The translations under genes were made by a program, and so were the position numbers. Of a DNA stretch of 64,000 bases, positions 48,098 to 59,241 are shown piece after piece. The stretch is from Francisella tularensis subsp. holarctica (lineage in GTDB: Bacteria > Pseudomonadota > Gammaproteobacteria > Francisellales > CACEW01), in NCBI GenBank assembly GCA_945860585.1, contig CAMARA010000001.1, forward strand, positions 37,910 through 101,909, read 5' to 3'. The first letter of the stretch is position 1. Every line of letters starts with the position of its first letter. The notes beneath the pieces were generated by a model. The model was given only the letters and a program-made list of their open reading frames with translations, was not told the DNA's origin and searched no databases.

Positions 48098-48999
48098 CCC
48101 TCAAACTTCCGCGGAGACCGCACGCCTGCATGATTTTGTTCAAGATATTGAATGATCAAATCAGCAATATCTTTTTTAGTCGTGCCTTCGATACCCTCCA
48201 AACCCGGAGACGAATTCACTTCCATGACCAGCGGGCCACGACTAGAGCGTAATAAGTCTACGCCGGCGAGATGCAGGCCCATGATTTTAGCCGATGCAAT
48301 TGCGGTTTCACGCTCCTGCTTGGTGATTTTGACAGCAATGCCGTGTCCCCCTCGATGGATATTCGAGCGAAATTCTCCTGCAGGTGCCTGACGCTTCATC
48401 GCTGCCACGACTTTATTGCCGACTACAAAACAACGAATATCAGCCCCATTGGCTTCTTTGATATATTCTTGAATCAGGAAATTAACTTTGAGACCATAGA
48501 ACGCTTCAATCACGCTCTCGGCAGCTTTCTTGGTTTCAGCTAAAACCACGCCAATACCTTGCGTTCCCTCTAGCAATTTAATCACCAGGGGTGCGCCTCC
48601 CACCATTTTGATAAAGTCTTTGAGCTCATTGCCGCCATGCGCAAAAACCGTAACAGGTAAGCCAACTCCTTTGCGTGCCAGTAATTGCAGCGCGCGTAAT
48701 TTATCACGGGAACGGGTAATCGCAATCGACGAATTAATGGAATAAATATTGGTGGTCTCAAATTGCCGTAAAACAGAGCAGCCATAAAAAGTATTGGATG
48801 CGCCAATGCGAGGAATAATCGCATCATAGGTGGGCAGCTGTTTACCTTGATAAAACAAAGCCGAGTCTTTGGAATTGATATTCATATAACAATGCAGGTA
48901 ATTGATCACGTCGACTGTATGTCCCCGCGCCTGACCTGCCGCAATCAGACGTTGCGTCGAATATGCATCGGGAGCACGGGATAAAATACCAATACGCAT
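48094..48999 (-). CDS. rimK: ribosomal protein S6--L-glutamate ligase (ATP-grasp)
   Basis: 'MRIGILSR', '[17 protein letters not shown]' and '[12 protein letters not shown]' ATP-grasp motifs. Confidence 0.9.
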   Translation of the reverse strand: MRIGILSRAPDAYSTQRLIAAGQARGHTVDVINYLHCYMNINSKDSALFYQGKQLPTYDAIIPRIGASNTFYGCSVLRQFETTNIYSINSSIAITRSRDKLRALQLLARKGVGLPVTVFAHGGNELKDFIKMVGGAPLVIKLLEGTQGIGVVLAETKKAAESVIEAFYGLKVNFLIQEYIKEANGADIRCFVVGNKVVAAMKRQAPAGEFRSNIHRGGHGIAVKITKQERETAIASAKIMGLHLAGVDLLRSSRGPLVMEVNSSPGLEGIEGTTKKDIADLIIQYLEQNHAGVRSPRKFEG

Positions 49000-49019
49000 A
49001 ACGGCACCCTCTTTTTTAT

Positions 49020-51323
49020 TTATTGTTTGCTTTTATAGTATTGTGCATAACGACCGTAGGATTGTCCATAGGTGGAAGTCTGTTCGTGCATTTTTTTGGA
49101 AAAATTAAAGAGCGTACCCGTTATCTTCACGCCATCATTATAAAAACGGCGCACTGCTGATTCAATTTCATGTGCTTTGAGTTGGCTGCCGGGAATGACC
49201 AGATAGTTGATTCCCGCTTGTTGCGCAATCAGACTGGCATCATTCACAGCTAAAATAGGGGGTGCATCGATGACCACGACATCATATTGGGTTGAAACTA
49301 GTTGGATGATTTCAGCAAAGCGGTCACCGAGTAATAATTCTGAAGGATTGCGCGGGAAAATTCCAGTGCTAAGAAAATCAAGATTCTCAATCTCTGTGCA
49401 CCGAATGATTTTTTCGAGAGGATAGACTTTTTCCAATGCTTCGCTTAAGCCAGGTGCGTGTGAAAGTTTAAAGTATTGATTGAGATAACCGCGACGCATA
49501 TCCGCATCGATCAACAGCACGCGCTTGCCGCTCTCAGACAGGATAGTAGCGAGATTGACTGAGACAAAGGATTTACCTGTTTGCGGAACAACACCACCCA
49601 CAGCCACGACATTGGTTTTATGCTCTTTCATGCTGAACAATAAATTGGTGCGGAGACTGCGGATAGACTCAATCGCAATATCGTCTGGATTGGTTTTGGA
49701 GAGAATGGGAAGAGCGGTCGCTTCTTTTTTATCAAAGGCCTTTTTGGCTTTTGCTTGGATTTTGCTGAATGGAATAATGGCAAGGGTACGGATGCCCAAT
49801 TCTTTTTCAGCCCAATAAGGATCGCTAATCCCGTCACGAAGGAAGTGCAATGCCAACACAAGCAGGGAGCCGATAATAAAGCCACCCAACAAGGAGGCCA
49901 GCAGAATGAGCAGGGTATAGCTTGGATTCGGCTCATCTGGAATTTGCGCGTTAGTCAGGACGGAAACATCACTGGTAACCGCGGCTTTGGCAAGTAGGGT
50001 TTGTTGATAGGTATTCAACAATAAAGTATAAACCATGCTTTGGGCTTTTGCATTGCGCATGAGGTTAATGGCCTGCTGATCTTTAAGTGGTAGTGCAGAA
50101 AGCACTGCCTGTACTTTGGCTTTCTGTTTATTCAGAGATTGTTGCTTGATATTGATATTTTGAATAATGGGATCCTTCGATGTATAGGTTTGGAGCAGTG
50201 TCGCTTCGTTTAACTCATTGGCAGCCAATTGATTATCAATCTGGGAGATTTGCGTCAGTAGGATTTTGGATTGATCGCTTAAATTCAAAATACCTGATTC
50301 TGCCTGATAGCGATTTAAAGCGGTTTCTGCTTGATTTAAATTTTTCTGCGTAATCGGCAATTGTTTTTGCACAAACTGTAATAGTTGAGCATCTTTGGCC
50401 GTCTGTTGTTTGCTGTTTTGAGTGACGGCGAGGTGGACTACGGCATCAATAATGCGCTTTGCGAGGGCCGAATCAGGACTGTTCATGCTGATTTGCAGAA
50501 TGCCGGTGTTGGCCATGGTCGTATTGGGAGGAGCGAGCTCTGAGACATTCAGCGTGCTGCGTAGATGATCTAAGATCGCGGTTTCATAGTGTTTTGTCAC
50601 ATAAAAAACGGTACCGGGGCGGGCCTGCAATGTGGTGACTAAAATGCTGATATCCCCTGCTGGGCTGAGCTCTACTTCACCGACGCGCCCTTGTAAAATA
50701 GGGCTTCCATTTGGCGACTGGAGTTGATAATGACCCTGATCTCCAGCGATCAGCAGATAATTTTCCATCCGATCATCAGCGGGGGGATTAAATAAAGCCA
50801 CATTGATTTTTTCGCCTCCCCAGGCAAAACTCGTACACCCAAACTTAGGTGGAGCAGGCACATCACCCATGTATTGATGCGCAAAATACGCTCCAATCAA
50901 TGGGAAATATTTCGGCTGTACGGCAATATCTAGGCCCAGTTCATGGATAACAGGTTGCAGAATATAGTCAGAGTGAATCAGGGTGATTTCAATATTAGAT
51001 TGACTGGCACTGCTGTTCAAGCCCATACCCATGCCCATTCCGCCTGCGGCACTCGCCAATGCAGTGAAGGAGGAGCTTCCGCCACTATTTGAATTGCTAA
51101 CTTGAACCAGCGCAGAAGTTTGATAAGTAGGTGGGTTGACGGCCACAAAAATACTGGTGCAGAGAAAGCAGATCAGCATCGCGAGGGCAATGATTTTTTT
51201 GTGTGCTAAGAGGGTTTTGCCGAGCACTGCAAGATCAATCGTCTCCATCTCTGGGTTTTGATTGTTTTGGCCTTGATTTTGTAAATCCATTTTAAATTTC
51301 CATTGTTTAGTTATTGCCATCAA
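49020..51323 (-). CDS. wzc: polysaccharide co-polymerase / BY-tyrosine autokinase (Wzc-like, PCP-2a)
   Basis: Two TM segments flank a large coiled periplasmic domain. Walker A '[13 protein letters not shown]', '[10 protein letters not shown]', Walker B 'VVVIDAPP'. Tyr-rich C-terminus '[12 protein letters not shown]'. Alternative start at 51290. Confidence 0.85.
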   Translation of the reverse strand: MMAITKQWKFKMDLQNQGQNNQNPEMETIDLAVLGKTLLAHKKIIALAMLICFLCTSIFVAVNPPTYQTSALVQVSNSNSGGSSSFTALASAAGGMGMGMGLNSSASQSNIEITLIHSDYILQPVIHELGLDIAVQPKYFPLIGAYFAHQYMGDVPAPPKFGCTSFAWGGEKINVALFNPPADDRMENYLLIAGDQGHYQLQSPNGSPILQGRVGEVELSPAGDISILVTTLQARPGTVFYVTKHYETAILDHLRSTLNVSELAPPNTTMANTGILQISMNSPDSALAKRIIDAVVHLAVTQNSKQQTAKDAQLLQFVQKQLPITQKNLNQAETALNRYQAESGILNLSDQSKILLTQISQIDNQLAANELNEATLLQTYTSKDPIIQNINIKQQSLNKQKAKVQAVLSALPLKDQQAINLMRNAKAQSMVYTLLLNTYQQTLLAKAAVTSDVSVLTNAQIPDEPNPSYTLLILLASLLGGFIIGSLLVLALHFLRDGISDPYWAEKELGIRTLAIIPFSKIQAKAKKAFDKKEATALPILSKTNPDDIAIESIRSLRTNLLFSMKEHKTNVVAVGGVVPQTGKSFVSVNLATILSESGKRVLLIDADMRRGYLNQYFKLSHAPGLSEALEKVYPLEKIIRCTEIENLDFLSTGIFPRNPSELLLGDRFAEIIQLVSTQYDVVVIDAPPILAVNDASLIAQQAGINYLVIPGSQLKAHEIESAVRRFYNDGVKITGTLFNFSKKMHEQTSTYGQSYGRYAQYYKSKQ

Positions 51324-52254
51324 CCACAGATTTAGTAAACCAAACGGTTTGAATTGCAGGTAAAATTTGATTTAACACACGATTGAAGTTTGCGATGCCT
51401 GCGGTAGATACATAGACAATATCGTTGTTGTTGAGTGGGAAGTTCTCTGCGTACAGCATCGAGGCCGCAGACTGCATATTCAACCAATAGACAGAAGGGT
51501 GGGTCAATGAGCCTTGACGAATCACATAAATCAAACGCGTATTGGCTGTTGATAAATTCATGCCCCCTGCTTGAGCCAGTGCAGTGGCCAGCGTCATTGG
51601 CGTGCCGGTGATCGGCAGAGACATCATGGAAGAAGTGGTCATGCCCCCGGATGTGTTGCTATTGCCACCATTAATTTCACCCAAGATAAAAACCTGCTGA
51701 CTCGCAAAAGAAGTAACAGTCGTTTGAATCACTGGATCTTTGATATAAAGAGAAGCCTGCCTCGCCACCATCGCATTCACTTGATTAGCGGTTAATCCAG
51801 CGACATGCACGGAGCCAAGAATGGGAATAAAAATATTACCGTTTTCATCAACAAAATAACCACTGGTAGTAGCACTGTTACTGTTGCTGCTACTTGCTTT
51901 GAGCGCAGGATTGAGGAGAGTCATGGCCTGGCTATTCATTGCGTCAGGAGTAGGCACATCATTCATATCACTGCCGCTCAAAGAGACTGGAATACCCTTG
52001 CGAGACCAGGCTGCAATATTTAAAGTATCCCCCGCGCCGATGACATAATGATAGGGGTTTAAGTCCAGGGAGACTTGGCTAATCACGGCAGGAGTAATCG
52101 GAATAATTGTTGGGGTAATGGGGTCAGAGACCGGGACGTCATTGTAGGCTTTTGAATTTTGAATCGACATGCTGGGGAGAATGGCTCCGCACCCTGCAAG
52201 CAGGAGAATGCTGGCGAGGAGGGCCAGAGGGGTGAATGATTTTAGGAAGTGCAT
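51307..52254 (-). CDS. wza: polysaccharide export outer-membrane lipoprotein (Wza-like)
   Basis: Lipobox 'LLAGCG', Poly_export-like 'YVIGAGDTLNIAAW' and SLBB-like 'GSVHVAGLTANQV'. Confidence 0.8.
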   Translation of the reverse strand: MHFLKSFTPLALLASILLLAGCGAILPSMSIQNSKAYNDVPVSDPITPTIIPITPAVISQVSLDLNPYHYVIGAGDTLNIAAWSRKGIPVSLSGSDMNDVPTPDAMNSQAMTLLNPALKASSSNSNSATTSGYFVDENGNIFIPILGSVHVAGLTANQVNAMVARQASLYIKDPVIQTTVTSFASQQVFILGEINGGNSNTSGGMTTSSMMSLPITGTPMTLATALAQAGGMNLSTANTRLIYVIRQGSLTHPSVYWLNMQSAASMLYAENFPLNNNDIVYVSTAGIANFNRVLNQILPAIQTVWFTKSVVDGNN

Positions 52255-52302
52255 GCAGGCCTCAGTAAAATTTTTTGCTTCTGCATTATAGTGAGTTTAA
52301 GC

Positions 52303-53097
52303 TTAGACTGCAATTGGTGCTTTGATGCTAGGGTGTGCCTCATAATTTTGAATGATAAAATCTTCATAGTGATAGTCAAAAAGTGATGTGGGTTTGCGTG
52401 CAATGACGAGTTGCGGCGGGGTAAAAAGCGTGCGTGAGAGTTGGAGCTTGGCTTGTTCTAAATGATTGCTGTATAAATGGGTGTCCCCTCCAGTCCAGAT
52501 AAACTCATGCGGGATGAGATCACACTGCTGCGCTATCATATGCGTTAAAAGCGCGTAAGAAGCAATATTAAAAGGCAGGCCTAAAAATACATCACAACTG
52601 CGCTGATACAGTTGGCACGAGAGTCGATTGCCTGAAACATAAAACTGGAAGAGCGCGTGACAGGGCGGCAGCGCCATCTGGCTGATCTCGCCGGGATTCC
52701 AGGCGACGACTAAAAGACGTCGGCTATCTGGATTGGTTTTAATTTGCTGGACTACATTGGAGATCTGATCGATGGTGTCGCCGTTTTTAGTTTCCCAGCG
52801 TCGCCATTGCTTGCCGTACACTGGACCCAGTTCGCCATTGGCATCAGCCCATTCATCCCAAATACGCACGCCATTTTCTTTTAAATATGCAATATTCGTG
52901 CTGCCACTTAAAAACCAAAGCAGTTCATGAATAATCGATTTGAGATGGAGCTTTTTAGTGGTGAGCAGGGGGAAACCTTCTAGCAAATTAAAGCGTAATT
53001 GTCGGCCAAAAACACTGTAAATGCCTGTGCCAGTGCGATCTGCTTTAAACTCACCCTGATCTAAAATATCTTGCAAGAGTTCCAGATAGGCTTTCAT
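52303..53097 (-). CDS. thyA: thymidylate synthase
   Basis: 'DRTGTG', '[13 protein letters not shown]' (catalytic Cys) and '[18 protein letters not shown]'. Confidence 0.93.
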   Translation of the reverse strand: MKAYLELLQDILDQGEFKADRTGTGIYSVFGRQLRFNLLEGFPLLTTKKLHLKSIIHELLWFLSGSTNIAYLKENGVRIWDEWADANGELGPVYGKQWRRWETKNGDTIDQISNVVQQIKTNPDSRRLLVVAWNPGEISQMALPPCHALFQFYVSGNRLSCQLYQRSCDVFLGLPFNIASYALLTHMIAQQCDLIPHEFIWTGGDTHLYSNHLEQAKLQLSRTLFTPPQLVIARKPTSLFDYHYEDFIIQNYEAHPSIKAPIAV

Positions 53098-53101
53098 TGC
53101 G

Positions 53102-54805
53102 CTACCCCGCGGTATGATGATGGCGTTTTTTAGCCATTTTTTTGTGATAGCGACTCATGACCCACCATTGCTGGAATACACTGAGGCAATTATTCACTAA
53201 CCAGTACAGGACTAAGCCGGCAGGGAAATTCAGAAACATCACCGTGAAGACCAGGGGTAGGAACATCATGATTTTAGCCTGCATCGGATCAGGCGGGGCC
53301 GGGTTGAGACGCTGCTGCACAAACATCGACAAGCCCATCAATACGGGTAGAATATAGAAAGGATCGCGGACAGAGAGATCATGAATCCAGAACATGAAAG
53401 GCGCCTGGCGTAATTCGACACTTTCCATCAGTACCCAATACAGGGCAATAAAGACGGGGATCTGTACGATAATGGGCAGGCAGCCTCCCAGTGGATTCAC
53501 CTTTTCTTTGCGATAGAGTTCCATGGTCGCGGCACCGATTTTTTGGCGGTCATCCCCGACTTTTTCACGCAGTTCTTTAATTTTGGGTTGCAATTCACGC
53601 ATCTTTGCCATTGAGAGATAGCTTTTTGCAGAGAGCGGGAAGAAGATCAGTTTGATCAGGCAGGTCACCAAAATAATCGCGAGCCCCCAATTATTGACAT
53701 AGGAATGGATCCACTGCATCACCACAAAAATGGGTCCGGAGATAAACCATAACCAGCCATAATCAATCGTTTTGGAAAGATAAGGTGCCACTACTGCAAG
53801 TTGGCTTGTCACCGCAGGGCCGAGATAAATGCCGGCGCCTGTCGTGACCGTGCTGCCGGGATTGACTGTAACCGTAGGGTTGGCCAGGCCGATACTGTAT
53901 AAGCCTTGATTCACTGCACTAAATTGCGTAATCATGGTGTTGGGCGCAGGCACAAACGCCGTAATAAAATAATGCTGCAGCATCGCAACCCAGCCAGATG
54001 ACACGGTTTGGGAGAGGTTATTGTCCAGCATATCGCTGAATTTTATTTTTTGATAATGATCACTGGGGGAGGAAATCGCCGCGCCCGTGTAATTGGTGTA
54101 ACTATTCAACATGCTGGATTCGGAGGCAGGCACATTGCGGGTGAGCTCGCCATAAAAGCGTCCATTCCAGGCTGTTTTTCCTTGATTATTAATCGTATAG
54201 GCGACGTTGACCGTATAGACGCCAGGGAAGAAAGTGTAGGATTTTGTGAGGCTCAGGCCTTGCTGATTGCTCCAGTTTAGATTAACCGTGAGTTGGCGCT
54301 GATCCCCTAAATTATAAGAGAGGCTGGGGCTGGAGAAAGTCATATTCGCAGGAAGGCTGTTATCCCCTGTGACCAGGCCGCTTTCAATAATATAGTACAA
54401 TGAATTAGGGTCCTGATTCAGCAATAAGAACGGCTGATTGGAGCCGAGCGTTTGTCGATAATCTTTTAATACTGCGTAGACAATATTGCCGCCGACGGGA
54501 TTGACTTTGACTTGCAGGAGCGGGGTATCGATGGTGATGAGGTTGGGTGCTGTGGGCGCTGCATTCGCTGTGATAGCAGGGTTGACGCTGCCTGCAGGCG
54601 TGACCGGAAGGTTCACATTGCCGGGTAAAGTAGCGCTTCCTGTGTTGCTACTTGTCGTTGTCGTGGCGGTGTTTGTGGCCGCAGTGGTGAGGGCGGGCGC
54701 AGGAGCATTGACGGCTTGCCATTTCAAAAATAACGCACTGGCGACCATGAAAAGCGCCACATAGAGCGCGGTTCTGATATTTTTCAAGCTTAAAAGATCT
54801 TTCAT
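53102..54805 (-). CDS. yidC: membrane protein insertase YidC
   Basis: Large periplasmic P1 domain plus a conserved C-terminal core '[18 protein letters not shown]...[17 protein letters not shown]'. ATG 54805 chosen; the track ORF extends to 54859. Confidence 0.92.
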   Translation of the reverse strand: MKDLLSLKNIRTALYVALFMVASALFLKWQAVNAPAPALTTAATNTATTTTSSNTGSATLPGNVNLPVTPAGSVNPAITANAAPTAPNLITIDTPLLQVKVNPVGGNIVYAVLKDYRQTLGSNQPFLLLNQDPNSLYYIIESGLVTGDNSLPANMTFSSPSLSYNLGDQRQLTVNLNWSNQQGLSLTKSYTFFPGVYTVNVAYTINNQGKTAWNGRFYGELTRNVPASESSMLNSYTNYTGAAISSPSDHYQKIKFSDMLDNNLSQTVSSGWVAMLQHYFITAFVPAPNTMITQFSAVNQGLYSIGLANPTVTVNPGSTVTTGAGIYLGPAVTSQLAVVAPYLSKTIDYGWLWFISGPIFVVMQWIHSYVNNWGLAIILVTCLIKLIFFPLSAKSYLSMAKMRELQPKIKELREKVGDDRQKIGAATMELYRKEKVNPLGGCLPIIVQIPVFIALYWVLMESVELRQAPFMFWIHDLSVRDPFYILPVLMGLSMFVQQRLNPAPPDPMQAKIMMFLPLVFTVMFLNFPAGLVLYWLVNNCLSVFQQWWVMSRYHKKMAKKRHHHTAG

Positions 54806-54812
54806 TATAGTT

Positions 54813-55049
54813 TTAATTCCCAGATAATGTTTTTCGGGGCGGGACTTCATCGATCCCACCAGTGTGCCAAGGTTGGCATTTTAGCAGACGTTTAACAATA
54901 AGCCAAACGGCAGAATAGCTGGGGTGAATCTTGAGCGCATCCAAGGCGTACTGGCTGCAACTTGGATAAAAACGACAGCGTGGTGCGAGCAGCAGCCCCA
55001 GCGTCCAGCGATACGTAATCACCAGGCTTTTGAGAAGCATTTTAATCAT
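54813..55049 (-). CDS. yidD: membrane protein insertion efficiency factor YidD
   Basis: 'CRFYPSCSQYALDAL' and 'RLLKCQPWHTGGIDEVP'. Confidence 0.9.
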   Translation of the reverse strand: MIKMLLKSLVITYRWTLGLLLAPRCRFYPSCSQYALDALKIHPSYSAVWLIVKRLLKCQPWHTGGIDEVPPRKTLSGN

Positions 55050-55383
55050 GGATTTTTGTTAGGATCTGATCTAAATCCTGGCGTAGATCTTTTGCCGAAA
55101 TAGTTTTCAAATCTCGTTTGGCTAGAATTAACATTTGCTGTTGAGTGAAATCATGCTGTTTGAAGCGATAGGCTTCGCGGATAATGCGTTTGACCAGATT
55201 GCGTTTGACATTGTTGCCGGTGGCTTTTTTGCCGACAACCAGGCCGAAGCGTTTAAAGTCAGAGGTTTCCGGTGTGTAGTAATACACAATAAAAAAAGAG
55301 CCGTGCTTCCTACGGCCCATTTTGAAGAGGGTGTTGAAGTCGGCTTTTTTAAATAGCAGGCGTTTTAGAAAGGTAAAGCGCAA
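55042..55383 (-). CDS. rnpA: ribonuclease P protein component
   Basis: Basic 113-aa protein, 'RFGLVVGKKATGNNVKRNLVKRIIREA' RNR-like motif. Position between rpmH and yidD. Confidence 0.9.
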   Translation of the reverse strand: MRFTFLKRLLFKKADFNTLFKMGRRKHGSFFIVYYYTPETSDFKRFGLVVGKKATGNNVKRNLVKRIIREAYRFKQHDFTQQQMLILAKRDLKTISAKDLRQDLDQILTKIHD

Positions 55384-55394
55384 AAGAAACCGCC

Positions 55395-55529
55395 TTAGAT
55401 TGCGAGGCGAGCTCTACCTTTAGCGCGGCGACGTGACAGAATGGCGCGGCCATTTTTGGTTGCCATACGTTCGCGGAAGCCATGTTTGCGTTTTTTAACC
55501 AAGTTGTTTGGTTGGAAAGTTCTTTTCAT
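55395..55529 (-). CDS. rpmH: 50S ribosomal protein L34 (below the ORF-track size cutoff)
   Basis: My own translation of the minus strand gives [44 protein letters not shown]. Confidence 0.93.
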   Translation of the reverse strand: MKRTFQPNNLVKKRKHGFRERMATKNGRAILSRRRAKGRARLAI

Positions 55530-55563
55530 AATATACACCTTTTGTCATAAAGAGTCGGCTATC

Positions 55564-56547
55564 TTACCTAAATTTAAATGTATTTGCAAGTGCTAAATGA
55601 AAGCGTCGCCCTAAACTTTTTTTCTGCTCATACTGAACTTGAAATAAAGCACGTCCCGCTTCAAACGCTTCCAGAATATAGGCGTCACTGGTTTTAAGCT
55701 CATCCACCAGGTAGAGGCGTTTCGCTTCCTCGCCCAGCCAGTGGTCGCCGGTTGCGATTTCTTCAATATCAACTTGCGGGCGTTGGCGGCGAATAAATTG
55801 TTTAAATTGTTCGTGAATACTTTCGAGTTGCGTTTGCATTTTTTCGCGACCTGCTTCTGTATTTTCGCCAAATAAGCTCAAGGTGCGCTTGTATTCGCCT
55901 GCAGTGATTTGTTCAAAATCAACGCCTTTTTGTTTGAGCAGTCGATTAAAATTGGGGATCTGGGCGACGACACCAATCGAACCGATAATGGCAAACGGCG
56001 CGGCGAGCAGTTGATCTGCGACTACGGCCATCAGATAGCCGCCACTGGCTGCCACTTTATCCACGGCAACAGTGAGTTTTAAGCCTTTATCTTTTAGGCG
56101 CACCAGTTGCGAGGCCGCATAACCATAACCGTGTACCACGCCGCCAGGGCTGTCAATTTTAATCAGCACTTCGTCGTGGGGCGCAGCGACTTCAATAATC
56201 GCGCTGACTTCTTTTGCCAGATGATCAGCGCCACTCGCTTGTAGATCTCCTTCAAAGGTGAGGATATACAATGTCGGTAGCGGGGCTGCTTGAGCGCGTT
56301 GTTTTTTAGCCTGCTTGAGTGCGCGTTTCTTTTGCTTTAACTGTTTTTTATCGAGAATTTGTTCCCAGAGATCCTGGTTTTGCTCGTGAAATGTTTCGCT
56401 CAGATTTTTAATCACGAGTTGACCCGCTTTCATACGCTGCTTGGCTTTGCTGGCAGCGCCGATCACAAACAGCAAAAAGCCACTGACCAATACACATAAA
56501 GTCAAAACTTTCAGGCTAAATAAACCCCAGAGTGCCCACCATCCCAT
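55564..56547 (-). CDS. sohB: S49-family inner-membrane peptidase SohB
   Basis: N-terminal TM, 'IDSPGGVVHGYG' and 'VDKVAASGGYLMA' (catalytic Ser) motifs. Confidence 0.85.
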   Translation of the reverse strand: MGWWALWGLFSLKVLTLCVLVSGFLLFVIGAASKAKQRMKAGQLVIKNLSETFHEQNQDLWEQILDKKQLKQKKRALKQAKKQRAQAAPLPTLYILTFEGDLQASGADHLAKEVSAIIEVAAPHDEVLIKIDSPGGVVHGYGYAASQLVRLKDKGLKLTVAVDKVAASGGYLMAVVADQLLAAPFAIIGSIGVVAQIPNFNRLLKQKGVDFEQITAGEYKRTLSLFGENTEAGREKMQTQLESIHEQFKQFIRRQRPQVDIEEIATGDHWLGEEAKRLYLVDELKTSDAYILEAFEAGRALFQVQYEQKKSLGRRFHLALANTFKFR

Positions 56548-57116
56548 TATTTGCTCCTGCTGAGTTTTTTCTGTAAGCGGGTAATGCCACAGTGCTGATG
56601 GCAGCAGCGCGGCAGCATTCTTTGCAAAATGCCATCTTTGTCGATGAAATAATGTTTGATTGCGCCGAGAAAATGGAGGCCAATCAAGACTAAAATAATC
56701 ACGGCCAGAGTCACATGCACATTTTCAAAAAATTCGCCTACATTGTGATTGAGTGAAATGCCAGGGAGGGGAATCAGCCAGTGACCCAAGTGCGGAAAAT
56801 ATCCTTTAGCGCTTGCCATAATCCAGCCAGAGAGGGGCATCATCACTAAAGCCAGATACAATAAGCCTTGCACACTGTGGGAGAGAATCCGCTCCAGCTT
56901 GGTCACATGCGGTGGAAGCTCCGGCGTTGGATTGCAGAGGCGCCAAATAATGCGCAGCACCATCAGGCTGAGAATCGACAGGCCCATCAGCTTATGTGTA
57001 TTCATAGAGAAGAGGCCAAAATAGCCGGATAAAAACATCAGCAATACCAGTAGCACTACGCCCCAATGCAGCCATTTTGAAAGAGATCCATAACTATGGT
57101 TGGTATTTTTAAGCAT
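56547..57116 (-). CDS. cybB: cytochrome b561 family protein
   Basis: 'LSKWLHWGVVLL' with four TM helices and conserved His. ATG 57116 gives an ATGCTTAA overlap with the upstream gene's stop. Confidence 0.75.
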   Translation of the reverse strand: MLKNTNHSYGSLSKWLHWGVVLLVLLMFLSGYFGLFSMNTHKLMGLSILSLMVLRIIWRLCNPTPELPPHVTKLERILSHSVQGLLYLALVMMPLSGWIMASAKGYFPHLGHWLIPLPGISLNHNVGEFFENVHVTLAVIILVLIGLHFLGAIKHYFIDKDGILQRMLPRCCHQHCGITRLQKKLSRSK

Positions 57117-57423
57117 TGGGAACCTCGCAAATAATCTGTAATTGATTGAGTTTAGCAAAATGTTCGACTTCTTCATAGATTGCTGGATATTGGGTTTTGA
57201 GTTCAATCGCTACACGAAGGGATTTGACGCCATTCATGAGGATGGGGATCAGCAAAGGCGAGTACACAATGCGCCGATTACGCAGGCTGGATAAAGTGCC
57301 TGCAAGCCGCTCTGCCCAATCGCTGGGCTGAAATTTTTTTCCTTCAAGCGTTTCGCCTACAATCACGAAATCGCCTTCACACAGAATGGTCATAAAAACC
57401 TTAAGACTAGATTTGTGCGTCAT
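57109..57423 (-). CDS. small conserved protein (DUF3579-like)
   Basis: 'KFQPSDWAERLAG' motif. Assignment is from memory of the family signature only. Confidence 0.45.
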   Translation of the reverse strand: MTHKSSLKVFMTILCEGDFVIVGETLEGKKFQPSDWAERLAGTLSSLRNRRIVYSPLLIPILMNGVKSLRVAIELKTQYPAIYEEVEHFAKLNQLQIICEVPNA

Positions 57424-57434
57424 TATACTGCATA

Positions 57435-58244
57435 ATGGCCGATCTTGGAAACCGATTTTTAGTGATGATGACTCCTGATCCAGATACCAATCGACATATT
57501 CGCAAGCGCGGGATTTACCTGCTGCCCAATTTATTTACCACAGGTAGCTTGTTTGCTGGATTTTACTCAATTATTTCGGGGATGAATCAAGATTTTGTCT
57601 CGGCTTCCATCGCCATTTTTATTGCGCTTATTTTTGACGGACTGGATGGGCGTGTGGCGCGTTTGATCAATGCGCAGAGTGCTTTTGGCGCGCAGTATGA
57701 TTCGCTTGCGGATATGCTCTCTTTTGGGGTGGCACCGGCCTTGCTGGCTTACAATTGGAATAGTTTGTATCTGGATCCGATTGGATGGTCTAAATTAGCC
57801 TGGTTGTCGGCTTTTATTTTTTCAGCCTGCGTGGCCCTGCGCCTGGCGCGTTTTAATGTGCAATTAGAAGCGCCGATCGATAGTAAAAAAGCCAAACGTT
57901 ATTTTTACGGCGTCCCTTGTCCCGCTGCTGCAGTCGTGGTTGCGAGCTTGATCTGGGTTTGTAATGTGCATGGATATCAAGGCCTGGGCTTTAGTCTTGG
58001 CCTAGTGATCGTGATGCTGCTCGCCTCGTATTTGATGGTCAGCAATATTTATTTTCGCAGTTTTAAAGATATTGACCTCAAAAAAAACATCCGCTTCACC
58101 TATCTCGTCCTGATTATCTTCATGTTGGCGGCCATTGTGCTGCGTCCCGCAGAAGCATTGTGTATTATTTTTTCGCTGTTCTTGGTTTCAGGGCCAGTTG
58201 GTAGTTTGTATTTGTTAATGAGAAAAAAATCGCATGGCGGATGA
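57435..58244 (+). CDS. pssA: CDP-diacylglycerol--serine O-phosphatidyltransferase
   Basis: CDP-alcohol phosphatidyltransferase motif 'DGLDGRVARLINAQSAFGAQYDSLAD'. Alternative start at 57465. Confidence 0.88.
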   Translation: MADLGNRFLVMMTPDPDTNRHIRKRGIYLLPNLFTTGSLFAGFYSIISGMNQDFVSASIAIFIALIFDGLDGRVARLINAQSAFGAQYDSLADMLSFGVAPALLAYNWNSLYLDPIGWSKLAWLSAFIFSACVALRLARFNVQLEAPIDSKKAKRYFYGVPCPAAAVVVASLIWVCNVHGYQGLGFSLGLVIVMLLASYLMVSNIYFRSFKDIDLKKNIRFTYLVLIIFMLAAIVLRPAEALCIIFSLFLVSGPVGSLYLLMRKKSHGG

Positions 58245-58599
58245 TCATGCCATTCTGCAGGCTTTAGATCTGCCGATCTTTATTCCACGCGCTAAAGAGC
58301 GGGTTTTGCCGCAGCATCGTTTTGTGGTGTTGGTGGAGGAAAATCAGGCCACTTTTAGTGATGCGCATCAAGTCCAGTTGCAAAAAATCATGCAGTATTT
58401 GAATCAAGCTGATTTTGTTTTGCTCTACGCGGATTCGGATCTCGCCTGCCAGGCGCAGATCCTCTTGCATTTTGGTGGATTAACCGCCCTTCCCGCCGCG
58501 CGTCAATGTGTCAAAACCCACAGCATCAGTATGATGTTGACGGATCCCGCCTCAAAAAAACAAGTGCTCCATGATTTGCAAAGCCTTAAAGCAGCATGA
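58234..58599 (+). CDS. holD: probable DNA polymerase III psi subunit (HolD-like)
   Basis: About 120 aa immediately upstream of and overlapping rimI, the conserved holD-rimI arrangement. 'LQALDLPIFIPR' resembles the E. coli 'LQQLGITQWSLRRP'. Confidence 0.5.
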   Translation: MADDHAILQALDLPIFIPRAKERVLPQHRFVVLVEENQATFSDAHQVQLQKIMQYLNQADFVLLYADSDLACQAQILLHFGGLTALPAARQCVKTHSISMMLTDPASKKQVLHDLQSLKAA

Positions 58600-58993
58600 T
58601 CTGCTCGCTGTGATGGCCGTCGTGGCGCAGCATCCTATCTTGAATTGGACGCCGCAGATGCTGCAGGATTCCTTTAGCGCATCATCTAATCAAGCAGTTG
58701 GTTTATTCAACAATATGCAGCTGCTCAGTTTTGCCTTGTTTCAAGTGGTTTTGAATGAGGCCGAGTTATTGCTGATTGCGACTGATCCCCATTTTTTTAA
58801 ACAAGGCTATGCCAAGCAGTTGTTAGCCTCCAGCATTGTTGGCTTTGATTCTGTTTTCCTGGAAGTCCGTGCGAGTAATGAACCTGCACAACGCCTGTAT
58901 GAAAGTCTAGGGTTTGTGTCTCAAGGTGTGAGGAAAAATTACTACGCGCATCCTGTTGAGGATGCGGTGTTGTATAAAATGGTGTTGCGTTAA
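58571..58993 (+). CDS. rimI: ribosomal-protein-alanine N-acetyltransferase
   Basis: GNAT core 'FLEVRASNEPAQRLYESLGF...RKNYY'. Confidence 0.8.
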   Translation: MICKALKQHDLLAVMAVVAQHPILNWTPQMLQDSFSASSNQAVGLFNNMQLLSFALFQVVLNEAELLLIATDPHFFKQGYAKQLLASSIVGFDSVFLEVRASNEPAQRLYESLGFVSQGVRKNYYAHPVEDAVLYKMVLR

Positions 58994-59241
58994 TTGTTTG
59001 GTGCGCCGCAATGTTTTTCTTTATATTCGTCTAATAAACAGCGAATCATTTTTTGATACGGAATATGATGCGTTCTCGCGGTGTTTTTGAAAAAATCCAG
59101 TGTGGCCTCCGTTAAAGCAAGGGTCACTTTCACCGTTTTTTCTCGTTTAGCGAGTACAGCAGGGCTGGGTAGAAAATCTTTGATCACCCTTAATTCACCT
59201 AAGTCCTCATCAGTGTATGTAACTTTGGTTTTCCTGTTCAT
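58990..59241 (-). CDS. brnA: BrnA-type antitoxin (CopG/RHH-like)
   Basis: 'LRVIKDFLPSPAVL...VTLALTEATLDFFKNTARTHHIPYQKMIRCLLDEY'. Downstream of and overlapping brnT. Confidence 0.75.
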   Translation of the reverse strand: MNRKTKVTYTDEDLGELRVIKDFLPSPAVLAKREKTVKVTLALTEATLDFFKNTARTHHIPYQKMIRCLLDEYKEKHCGAPNN

